In this document: in pieces, positions 1 to 10,677 of the stretch
How the letters are laid out: every line of letters begins with the position of its first letter
Numbering within the stretch: position 1 is the stretch's first letter
DNA from: Nageia nagi
Taxonomy: Eukaryota > Plantae > Pinophyta
DNA: 64,000 bases
Direction: 5' to 3'
NCBI GenBank assembly: GCA_050084985.1
Contig: JBITNC010000001.1
Coordinates: 2,232,001 to 2,296,000 of the forward strand
Translations under genes and position numbers: made by a program
The notes under the pieces: model-generated
Seen by the model: only the letters and a program-made list of their open reading frames with translations
Database searches by the model: none
Told to the model about the DNA's origin: nothing

Positions 1-2020
1 ATATGGGAGCCATCTCAAAGTGTACAAGTCTATAATGCAAACTATGAATTCTTAAACAATCATATACTTCTTGCGATACTTCTAAAAATGTTCAAGCACT
101 CTTTTGTCCACCTTAAGCAAGATTTACAAAATGCACCAAGTATTCAAGACAGCATAAGATAGTAACAACCATTCACATTAATAGTTCCAAAATGAGAGCA
201 TTCACTATTCAATTGCTTGGAATATATCACATTCACAAATTGAGAGAACTTGCAAGCTTGAAAGTATTAGGTAATTTATCCAATTTGCAAAATGTCTAAT
301 CCCTTACAAATGAGCCCAAATGGGCTATACATAGTTTCTTTGGCAATCCTAGATGTTGCCCTAACCCTAATTCCAAAATACGAGAAAATACACATTGTTC
401 AATCACAGATTGCCACATGGCATTACAAAGTTTCTTCCAAACTCATGGGAGCAAATCCTCATCCATCACGAGTTTGGGAATTGAATAATAAATATAATAA
501 TAAAGTTTTTCATCAAAATAAACATCATGTTCTTGAAAATAAAAATAAACTTGCAAATTTTGACTAAGATGACGGTGGGCCCAAAGCCATAACTTGTCCC
601 TCGAAATCCTCATCCAAGAATTTCATTGAGTTCCAATCCACGCAACATCTCTGACATCTTCGGCCCATTCTCAGCAACACAACATCCAACTTCTGCAATT
701 AGACTATGGATCTCAATGGAAGTAGTCATGATGCTCAAGTAGATGATGGGATTCTCCATGAGTGATGCATGGGTCTTCTAGGGATAAGGCCCCCCAACGT
801 TGTTTGTCTTGTCCCCTAATTCTTTGTGCAATCCCTAAGATAAAATGGGACGGATTCCAAACTCAAAAACTAGTCTTCTTCAATTTTGGCGCAAGTGTAG
901 AAAAGGAATGCAATTTGTATTTGAGAAAATGAGGTCTTCAAGCTTGAATTTATGGCTGGATTTGGTCTCCAAGAAAACCCCAGTCGGCTAGGTCAAAGGG
1001 GGAAAACGCATCTTAGCCATCCAACTAGCCGATCTTGGGATGTGTGTCTGCATCAAATTTCATGTTGAGTTGGGCAAGACCAAATGTGGGGGTTCCAAGG
1101 CACCTTCAAGCTTGGCGCATGCCTAGAAAAGACAAGATTTTGTCTTTCTGGATCATACGCCAGCCTTGGGGATGAATGCTCTTTCCAAGTTGGCTTTCCT
1201 TGATCCTTGCTCGTTCAACTTGACCCTGAAGCTCTTCCTAAGACATGTTCTTGCCTGATTTTTGCTCTTTCTGGGGTCTAGGCTCGTCAATTTTGATCTT
1301 TAAGCTCGACTTGGACACTCCCCAAGCTTGGCGCATGGTTCAAAAAGTAACGTTTTTGTCTTTTGGAATCATGAGCCAGTCTCTCCAGCCTTTCCAATTT
1401 GAGCGCATGATTCAAAAAGACAAGATTTTGTCTTTCTGAGGCATGCGCCAGGTTGTAGATGGCCAAATTTGTCTTTTTGTGAGTTCCTACTTCTGTGCCT
1501 TAGCCAAATTTTCATGATTTTCTCCTCCTAAAGGCTTCGTGGGTCTAGTGCACGATTTAAAAAGTCAAGATCCTATTTTTTGAAATCATGCGCTAGCCCT
1601 TCTGGAGTTGTTGGAGCTGATCTTGGGGTTCGGGCTTCATGCCTTGGCCAAATTTTGTCTTTCGGGTGAATTGGAAGCCTTTCTAGGTTGGGCGTATGGT
1701 TCAAGAAGGCAAGATTTTATCTTTTTGAGGCATGCATCAGCCTCCTGGATGCTTGGGTTTGACTTCATCATTCTCGAACTTGTTCTGTTCTTCCTCCCAG
1801 CTTGATTGTATGGTTCAAAAAGACAAGATTTTGTCTTTTGAAATCATGTGCTAGCCTTGAAATGCCTTCTACTTGTCTTTTCCGAGCTTGATTTTGATCT
1901 AGTCTGCTCCTTGCCCTTGGCGCATGCTCAAAAAGACAAGATTTTGTCTTTTACCAATCGCATGATTCAAAAAGACAACATTTTGTCTTTTGAAATCATG
2001 CGCTAGCCCTAGGAGTAGCC
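1..2020 (-). mobile_element. Fragment of a short-type LTR-like unit (paralog of 2232-5347), no intact terminus visible
   Basis: Collinear similarity with ~2760-5100. Examples: cccttacaaatgagcccaaatgggctata at 301 vs cccctacaaatgaatccaaatggggtata at ~3065; tttggtctccaagaaa at 961 vs ~3940; same palindrome array. Confidence 0.7.
1114..2004. repeat. Array of ~8 imperfect 48-bp palindromes GGCGCATG-N4-AAAAGACAAGATTTTGTCTTTT-N4-CATGCGCC with variable spacers
   Basis: Units at ~1114, 1330, 1402, 1547, 1691, 1805, 1919 (truncated) and 1958. Confidence 0.9.
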
Positions 2021-2044
2021 TAGGTTGACTTGATTCTTTCCCGA

Positions 2045-2231
2045 CTCGCCCTGGATCCCATCCAGACTTTAGCCTCCATTGCCTTCATTAGTAAGGAGGA
2101 CTTATCAAAGGAACTTATCCACACTTGTGGATTGTTTAATGCCACTATGATGCCATTTGCGGTACCTTTTCTTGATTTGAGCAATGAGGTCGCCAGGAGA
2201 TGTGAATAGGACAATAGAGTTCTACGGGACA
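2045..2231 (+). pseudogene. N-terminal fragment of the large unit-encoded ORF (probably copy A)
   Basis: Translates to DPIQTLASIAFISKEDLSKELIHTCGLFNATMMPFAVPF..., matching ORF 35727 (DPIMALASTTSLSKEDLSAELIHTCFLFNAAIIPFAVPF). Cut by a TGTTGG terminus at 2232. Confidence 0.85.
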
Positions 2232-3343
2232 TGTTGGGGTGTTTTTCTTTCCTACCCTGGAGTAGTGAGAAGAATGCCAACACCTCAGGTGAAGGGACAG
2301 TACCCCTCCTGCAATGGGGACTGGTTACCCCAAAGGTTAGCTCCTTAACTTGGTGAGGATAACTCAGGGAACGATTGAGATGTTTGAAGCTGCCACCAAC
2401 ATGAATATCATGTGTGGATTCAAGGACTTGAATCGTCTGCTGAAAGGGAAATAAGGGGTGCAAAAATTGTGAAAAAAAGTGTAAAATAAAATAAAAGAAA
2501 AAGTGGTGGAAAGACTGTGGGTAGTGAGATGCAACTTAGGCATGCGTACTCATGGGCTTGGGATAAGTTCCTCAAAAGCCGACTTGTTGGGTCTCGATTT
2601 AGGTTCCACGCACCCTTAATCCGTTCCACTAGCCAACATCATGAATGGTCTAGTGGAAGGAGCGTGAAGTTGTGGCAAGGATGGAATAGGATGGGATGAA
2701 GGCAACACACAACGATCCGGGTGAAGTTCCTACTGTGAACAACGTCAACAAGACATCTTGAGGTATCCAAGCCTAAGATTGCAAATGACAAAATATCACT
2801 AACAAGATGCTAATCAACCACTTCATAATATATACAAGCCTTCTTTTGTCCAACTAGAATTTACAAGATGCACCAAGTGATTAAAACCAACACAAAGTAG
2901 TGATAGAACAAACTAGACAACATTGTCAATCATTCATTCATATTTAGCATTACAACATGAGAAGCATATCATCACAATTGCACTAACATACACCACATTT
3001 AACAACTTAAACAATTTTGGTCTAGCAAGCAAAAGTTCCTTTCAATTGTTAAAAGTGTCAACTCCCCCTACAAATGAATCCAAATGGGGTATAAATAGTT
3101 TTAGGAGCAACCAACAGTGTTGCCCTAACCCTAATCATGAGTTTTGAGAAAATAAGATGCGGTCCAATATAAATATGCCACATGGCATCATAAGATTTAT
3201 TCTAGCACTTGTGGGAGCAAATCCTCATGTCACAAGGCTGTACAAATTTTAATAAGTCTTTGAGATCCAATTTTGAAATAAAATTGCAATAAAATAAAGA
3301 TAATTGTTGCGCTTGCAACATCATGCCTCGGTGGTTCTCTGGT

Positions 3344-3862
3344 CTATTCCTGTTGATCCACCTTCTCTGTCTTTGCAACGTCGAGCTTGAGGACTCCATT
3401 GCTAGCTTGTTGAAGGTACCCTTGTCCGCCTATGGCTAGCTGGTCTTGAAGAAGATCTGGGTTGGAAGGTGTGTTCTCTCCTTCTAGGCTCAGCTTCCCT
3501 TGCCCCTCTTCCAGCTCCTTGGTTAGCTTGGTGATATCTTTGATCCGCTCTGGTCCAGTAGTCTTGACTTCATCAGTTTCAGTCTTTATGGTACGGGCCT
3601 CCAAGTCTTGCGGCTTCTCCAAGTCTTTGTTCAAGGCAACTTTGGTGACAAAAAGTGTATTGTTCACCTTGAACACAAATCTACTCACATAGTGAGTGTC
3701 TGTAGATTCGTCTCTTGCTCTTAGGATGGGATCCTCGTGCAATGATCTTGTTAAGGCTGTGATGTCAACATTGTGCTTCTGTCTTGGAGAGGCATTTCTA
3801 GTGGTCATGCCTTTCCTTGTCTTGCCTTGTTGCTTTGGTGCTTCGGGGTTTGGTTCAGCCAT
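3344..3862 (-). CDS. Uninterrupted 172-aa ORF of unknown function (MAEPNPEAPKQQGKTRK...) inside the short unit
   Basis: Open frame with ATG ~65 nt downstream of a CCTATAAA box, in the position the large ORF occupies in long units. No recognisable homology. Confidence 0.5.
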   Translation of the reverse strand: MAEPNPEAPKQQGKTRKGMTTRNASPRQKHNVDITALTRSLHEDPILRARDESTDTHYVSRFVFKVNNTLFVTKVALNKDLEKPQDLEARTIKTETDEVKTTGPERIKDITKLTKELEEGQGKLSLEGENTPSNPDLLQDQLAIGGQGYLQQASNGVLKLDVAKTEKVDQQE

Positions 3863-3926
3863 TCTGGTGCACAAGATGAGGAGCAAGATAATATGAGTTT
3901 GAGAAAATGAGCTTCGTAGGATGGTG

Positions 3927-3934
3927 TTTATAGG
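3927..3934 (-). promoter_or_regulatory. TATA box (CCTATAAA) upstream of the 172-aa ORF
   Basis: tttatagg on +, followed on - by a pyrimidine-rich leader (ctcattttctcaaactc). Confidence 0.55.
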
Positions 3935-4087
3935 CAAATTTTGGTCTCCAAGAAACCCTAGTCAGATAGGCATGAGAGGAATTGATCTTGACCATCCAGA
4001 TGGCCAACTTCGAGATGTGTTCATGCTCAAACTTCCATGCCTTACTGTTGGAGACCAAACGTAGGGGTTTGAGGCTCTTCCAGGGCT

Positions 4088-5052
4088 AGCGCATGCCCAA
4101 AAAAGACAAGATTTTGTCTTTTTGGAGCATGCGCTCAACTTGAGGATGCATGCTCTTCGTCCATTGTTTTCCTGTGCTCCCCATGCATCCATCTCGACTC
4201 TTCATGCTCAAGATGAAACCTGAACTTGTCCATTTTGCCTTTTCTAGTGTTCTAGCTTATCGATTTTGCCCAACGAATTGACTCAGAGGCTCCTCTAAGC
4301 CTGGCGCATGATTTGAAAAGACAAGATTGTCTTTTTGAAACGCGCTCCAAACTCTCCAGCTCTTCCAGTCTGGGTGCATGGTCCAGAAAGGTAGGATTTT
4401 GTCTTCCTGAGGCATGCGCTCGGTTGGAGGTGGCCAGATTTGCTTCGCTTTGGTCTTCTACTCTTGGGGCTTAGCCAAAATTTCAAGTTCATTCCGTCCT
4501 GGATGTCTTCCCAAGCTTACGCATGCTCAAAAAGGTCAAGAATTTGTCATTTTGAGGCATGCGCCAGCTCCTCTAGTCATGTTGGAGCGGGATCCAAGCT
4601 TCAAGACTTCATGCCTTAGCCAATTTTTCTGTTTTGTCTCAATTGGATGCCTTCGTGGGCTTGGCGCATACTTCCAAAAGACAAGATTTTGTCTTTTTGA
4701 GGCATGTGCCAGCCCCCTGGGTGAGAGCACTTTGGTCTTCCGGGTCTCAAGTCCATCCTAGTGGCCTCCTGATTTGGGCGCATGCTCCCAAAAGACAAAA
4801 ATTTGTCTTTTTGAGGCATGCGCCACCCTTGAAATGCACTAAGTTACTATTTTCAGGCCTTCATTTTGTCCTGGGCATCCTTCTAGGCCTAGCGCATGCC
4901 CCAGAAAGACAAGATTTTGTCTTTGGGGGAGCATGCGTTGGGTCCAGGAGTGACCAAGTTTGCTCTTTGGACATGAACTCCAAATCGGGCGTCTTCCTGA
5001 CTCGAGCGCATGTCCCAGAAAGACAAAATCTTGTCTTCTTGGAGCATGCGCC
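4088..5052. repeat. Array of 8 imperfect 48-bp palindromes with variable spacers
   Basis: Units at ~4088, 4303, 4373, 4518, 4663, 4777, 4891 and 5005. The last has an inverted centre (ACAAAATCTTGT instead of ACAAGATTTTGT). Confidence 0.92.
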
Positions 5053-5347
5053 AGGCCTAGGAGTGGCCCAGACTCACTTTGCTTGGTTCTGACTTGACAC
5101 AAGTTTCCCAGTTTTACCTAAACTCGACTTATATTCCCAGACTTAGCCATTTTCGAGGGTTTTAACTCTTCAACACGACATGACTACGATTGGGCTGTTT
5201 GGACACTTGGGTGATGGGTTGATAGGCGTGATTTTGAGTTCGGTCGGAGATAGGGAGAGGATGTGTTGACTAGGTGCCAGACGAATGTAAGTTGCAGAGG
5301 GTCCCCAAAATTGCGAAATTTTGGGGTGCGTTGTGTAAGGCACAACA

Positions 5348-8070
5348 TTAGCTAAATCAAAACAACAACAACAGAAGACACAAGCTAAAACAAAAGAACA
5401 ACAACACAACGGAGTGAGGACGACTCAACGTAAGACGAAGTGATGATGAATGACAAACATGGTGACATAACAAGCTACAACTAACCTAGATGGGCGGATA
5501 CACAGTGACTTGCGTCGTCAATAGGGAGCGAACTTGTGTCAGCATCATCACTCACAATTGCATCGCCGATTTCATTATAGTGAGTGAACTCTCACTGGCT
5601 ATTTGAGTAGCCATCGGGACACCTGCATTGAAGTCTAGGTTCGAGGACATTGGATTCATTTGAAGTGTCTGCTCCAACTGTAGTCTCCGGAGAAAAGGAC
5701 AACCCGTCCTTGAGCTCGGTAGCCCTATTCAAGTGTTCTTGATGGTTTCTCCTGAAGTTCATATTTTTTTTTTAGGTTTGTGTGAGAAGACATGCAACAC
5801 ACTATTTACATTATAGTACAACCTCAAGGGACTTCAGGTGTCATGGATACCTGGATCAAAAACGTTCTTTTGTTCTCCACTTAAAGGAATGAACTCTATG
5901 TTGTGATCCTCATGTAACATGCCTCTAGGAAGAATGAGTGATTGTAGTGGAGGTCTTGCACATGCCTATGAGAATACTGCACAAATCCCAGGGACAACAA
6001 TCTTTGTGAACGTCTTTTGCATGGAATGATACAGGCCATTGATAAGAACAAGCAAGAGACTTTCTTTCATGGGCACCTCACAACATGGGGTATCATTTGT
6101 TACTCGTGCTGCAAGTATACCGACTTTGTTTGTGACAACCATGTGATCCTGACTCTCAACATCGGCAACCTCCTTGCTATCAAAAGATGGAAAGCATGCA
6201 CACCTAGGCATCATGATAGGAGGAACATATGGCCTATGCCCCTTTGAATCCAAATCAAAGTCTTCTATCACCAATCCAGGCCACTTCAACGTACATTCTG
6301 CCTCTCTCTCCATTGTTTTGCTAAGGCCATTGAAGGTACCGCTAGTTTCTGCAACTTCTTGGACCACTTCATGTACCAATCCTTGTGTATGGATCGCAAA
6401 AGCAACATCAACCTCTTAAGATGGAGATTCTTGCCTTTCATGAAATAAGGGGTCTTCAATATCATCAAACACTGATCCACGAAACTCATCTTTAGCAAGG
6501 TCAGGTTCCAATTGGACATCATCTTCATTCTTTAGCAACAATGTATAACTTTCAAGGAATTCATCAATATCCCTTACTTGCTCATCCTTTCGATGTGACC
6601 AATCACATGTCTTACCATACAAAGCTTCTTCCAGTTCCTTCAATACTGAATCTGGACATATCTCAGTTGGAAGTTCTTGTTCGATTATTGTGGTATCTTC
6701 GTCTAGAAGTGGCAGCAAGAATTCATCGATTACAACCTCTGGTTCTTGGTAATTCCACTGGGGAGTCATCTTGCACTCAAGTTCCTCATCAGTACTATCT
6801 TCTTCCCATCTCTCTTTGCTCGATTGATCACTTGGGAAAAGATCAGTAATGAAATCCTCCACAAAGATCTTCTCATGCAATGATTCCACATGATTGTAAT
6901 CTATTTCAGAGAAGCTATCTTCCTCCAAGTGTGGCCTTTTGTCTTGACATGGGTAGTAGTGTGCCTCACCCCGGTGGAATTGCTTGAAGTTTTTTGGGCT
7001 CAAACTCTGGAAACAACTCTGTTGAAGATGCCCATTCAACCTTAGTGATACTTTTATCTTCATGTGAGGCCCATAATTTGTCGGCTCTTAACACTTTGCT
7101 CTCCCACAACAGGTAGTTCGAAGAGTGGGCTCTCAGCACTCACCTTGGTATCCTTTTCAAACACTGGGTTATCCATGGATCGATGGCTATTTTTATGCTC
7201 CAACTAGCGAATCAACTCATGATCAACTTCATCATTAACACTGCTTTCTTCCCACATCTCTGTGCTTGATTGGTCTCCTGAAGCAAGATGAGTCGTGGAA
7301 TTATCTGCAAGGGTTTCCTCATGTAAGGATTCCATGGAGTCATGATCCATATTGGAAGAATTATCATTTTGTGTGTCTGACTCCTTGTCTCCATTTTCCT
7401 CTGTCTTCATCTCTAGAGAGGGTAGGGTATTCATTTTCTTTGAAGACATGTGCCCATTCTTTGCCACATATAATGGAGACAATACCAGGTAGATATAACA
7501 ACCATATGTCTGCAAAATACAAAGATGGCGAACCTTTAGGACATAGGGATTTCCCTCAAAACACCCATTATTTGACATTGGTCGTTAAGCCATGTACGGT
7601 CTTCCTTATCCAAGGCCATTGGGACAAATCCCGCTTCTTTACAAGCTTTATATGTCATGACATTGAACTCCATTTTGGAACTTACCATGCAATTGGTAAA
7701 CTCTCTATCTCTAAGGCACACAGATGCCATGAATTTATGCTCCTGGTTTCTTGGTGAATTCCTCCTTCCAACTTTGGATCAAGTGATTCCTCTGATTTTG
7801 ACGCAATGGGTGAGGATTCATCATTAAAATTGTCACCCTCTAGTGAACTGGTCTCATTACCTTGTTCTTCGTGAATGTGGCTTTTCTTCCTTCCTGTTTG
7901 GTCTGATTGATCGTCAAGGAAAGATTCAAAGGCAAAATTTGGATCTGGTATATCTTCGTAAGTGGATTCTGTTGCCTCTTGGTCTCCTCTGTGAGAGTGG
8001 TCACTGATATCTTCTTCACTATCTTCTTCCCTACTCCCCGATGATTCAACAAGTGGTATATCTTCGTAAG
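5348..8070 (-). mobile_element. Decayed retroelement-like internal region with acidic ORF fragments and a degenerate retropepsin-like segment
   Basis: Co-oriented minus ORFs 5966-6379, 6416-7063, 7204-7578, 7536-7730 and 7682-~8070. NCMVSSKMEFNVMTYKACKEAG resembles gypsy protease NCxxDSGAxxNxM without the DSG. Confidence 0.45.
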
Positions 8071-8074
8071 TGTA

Positions 8075-9431
8075 CATGCAGATTTCTTCCTGCAGGATGC
8101 TGACCATACATTCATCAGAGTCTATGGCTCGAAAGAGCAACCCCTACCACTACCGAGATACGCTAGTGATAGGCTTATCCTCATGGAGTTTGCCAGACAA
8201 CTTTGTTCTTGAAACAGAAAGTCTGGAAGAAGAACACGACCATTAACTTGCCTATCGTAATTGCAAGATATGTGTGTCAGATGTGGGTTGAAGCGATCAA
8301 TATGAAGAAGGAGATGCGACAGTATGTCTTCTTCAGGGAGGCAGGAAAAAGGAACTATGATCCTAGAGGTGTAATTGCACATTTCCACAACATTTGCGTT
8401 TCCCAAGCCTATTGCTTTTCAGCATAAGTCCTTGGGGAGTGTGGAGAAGTATTGAAATGTGCAAGATGAGGAGATTACAAAGATAGATGCTCTCCTGAGC
8501 AAGAAGAAGGCTCCCCTCCAAGTAGAAAAACCACCTCAGAAACCTCGAACTACTAAGTCTAAATCTAAAGTGGTCCCACTCAATATCAAATCATCCCCTC
8601 GTCTTGTTCTTGTTGCACCTCTGCCAGTTAAGGCACCCTTGCTTCTCGTTGGAAAGAGGAAAGAACCTCTAAGGGAGCATATTCCAGGCCCTAGCAAGCG
8701 CAACGTAGAAATGACTAATCTCAAGGATGTTGGCTATCGCGTTATCCCCACGGATGTACTGGATGAGGCTTGTACCAGTGATTCGCCGACAAAAGCGGTC
8801 CCTTTCAGACTCGTGTTCTCCTGGATGTAGGGAGAAAGTCCCCTCGTTGCAACCAAGTTCTAGTTTCAGTTTCGAACACTCCACTTCCTCTTTCGACGAA
8901 GAGACTGATGAAGAGCTTGGCCGTACAGCAGAAGAGTCCGGAGAAGAGTCAGAGAGCCATAGGGAAATAGAAGAAGAAGAGGAAGATGATGATGGTAATG
9001 TTGACGAGCAGTTCCCTGAGCAAGAAGATGTAGCTATAGGTGCCTCTGCACCTGATGAAACAGAGATTGAGAATCTCCAAGAAGATGATGAGATTGTGGA
9101 TGTTGGGACCTATGATGATGATGAGGTCCAAGTTGTCGGAGTAAAGTGTGCTAGAGAGGTGGGTGCCTCCAAACCCTCTCCTGCTGAGCATAGGAAAAGG
9201 TACCCTTCTTCATAGAAACCCTCTAAAAAGAGAACTAGCCATGAAAGGTCCCCCTAGCCATGGAACAAAGGCATATCTATAGGTAGTGATAGAGGAGATG
9301 AAGGAAAGACTGAAGAACAAAAAAAGATGAGAAGACATGAAGAGCACCAGGGTAAGGAGATTAGCCTTGTTCAAACTACTCTGGTGAAAGAGGTCAAGAA
9401 AATCAATAAGGGACGTTTGTTGGTACAGAGG
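8075..9431 (+). pseudogene. Large ORF copy A, middle part (interrupted at 9431)
   Basis: HADFFLQDADHTFIRVYGSKEQPLPLPRYASDRLILMEFARQL followed by basic and acidic low-complexity tracts. Matches 41117-42440 and 33117-34520. Confidence 0.9.
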
Positions 9432-10504
9432 TGTTGGGATGCTTTTCTTTCTCACGTGGGACACTTTGATTATCATGGGCGGAACTTATGAGATCCCAAG
9501 CAACATAGTTGGGAATGCGTTACCAATTCCCCCAGTTGAAAAGGACTGTGTATCTCCAAGGCTCTTGTTGAAACACCTTGCCAACGACCTCAATGTCGTG
9601 ACGTTGTAAGGTTTGTTCCTCCGGTGTGTTTTCTGAATAGGGATAGATATAGAAATAAAGTGCGGTATCCCTCTTTGGAATCAGCCTCGATGGAATGGAA
9701 TGAGAGGTATATAGTCTGTTAACCAACGATATTTTATTCTTTGATGTATAGAGTTTGTTCGGAACTTTTGTGTGTGGACTTAGCGATCATATTTGGTATG
9801 AAAACATAAAGAAAGCGTAAAGGTAATACTGTAAAGAGGTGAAGGAAAACACCTTGGAGAAAGAAAGAATACTTGGTCAGATATGAGGTTGAGGTTCACT
9901 AAGGGGAAAGTGTCTAAGAGTTAATCTCTTTCGGATCGGTTAAGGACTCTTCATCCACTTCATCCAACCTTGCAAGCAAACAACTTCACGTTCGAAATGC
10001 TTCAAAGAGGAGCGGGGAGGAACGCCAATTGTCGGTTCTCTACGAATAGGACCAATTCAATTGAATGGAAATGGAAGGTCTCAAAGTGAATGGATCATGG
10101 TTTTGGATGAAGGACCTAACAAGATGTCGTAGAAGTAGAAACTGACATAGAATACCCAATCGACTTGCATGCTAAGGGCCAAGCAACAAACATAGGTAGG
10201 CTTCAAGCACTTTTTAATGTTTTTTAGAGATAACTTCCCTAAAGCTCAAGAGCTTTCAAAGAAATAAAACGAAAAGTACACAAACCCACTATGAGTGCCC
10301 TCAAAGAATCAATCCATAACATCAATATGAAAAGTGTCAAACTCAAGTCTTCGCATTAACCACTCTGTATTTTCTTTGTAAAAGAGTTACATAAAAGTTT
10401 TCACAATTTTTCCCTTTTTTCGAAAAATTTGAACTTGTTCTCAAGATTTTCATTCCTTGAAAAGTTCCAAACTTTCAATCTACATAAAAGTGACCCCATG
10501 GGGT

Positions 10505-10514
10505 CTATTTATAG
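10505..10514 (-). promoter_or_regulatory. Distal LTR-type TATA box (CTATAAATAG) ~1.07 kb from the unit end
   Basis: Positional equivalents CTATTTATAC at 18915 and 43982 on +, and ~3090 on -. Confidence 0.6.
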
Positions 10515-10677
10515 AATTTCTAGGGTTTCCAAGTGTTGCCCTAATTCTATAAAACAAATTAAAATATTACATAGTTGCCTACTACGACTAAGTCAGCTAA
10601 CTTTTTGGTGCTCTACTTGCAAGGCTAACTGATCATGAGAGCAGGGTTAGTCGAGTTTTGGTGCTCAACTTTCCCAG

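Larger units (their letters stand above)
2232..5347 (-). mobile_element. 3.1-kb short-type LTR-like unit
   Basis: Starts TGTTGGGGTGTTTTTCTTTCC and ends GGGTCCCCAAAA...GGCACAACA, the same terminal motifs as 9432-17366. Flanks GGACA and TTAGC do not match. Confidence 0.8.

Noticed and set aside
1114-5052. CRISPR array call for the palindrome-spacer arrays
   Set aside because: Eukaryotic TE context, degenerate repeats, irregular and partly homologous spacers, no cas genes.
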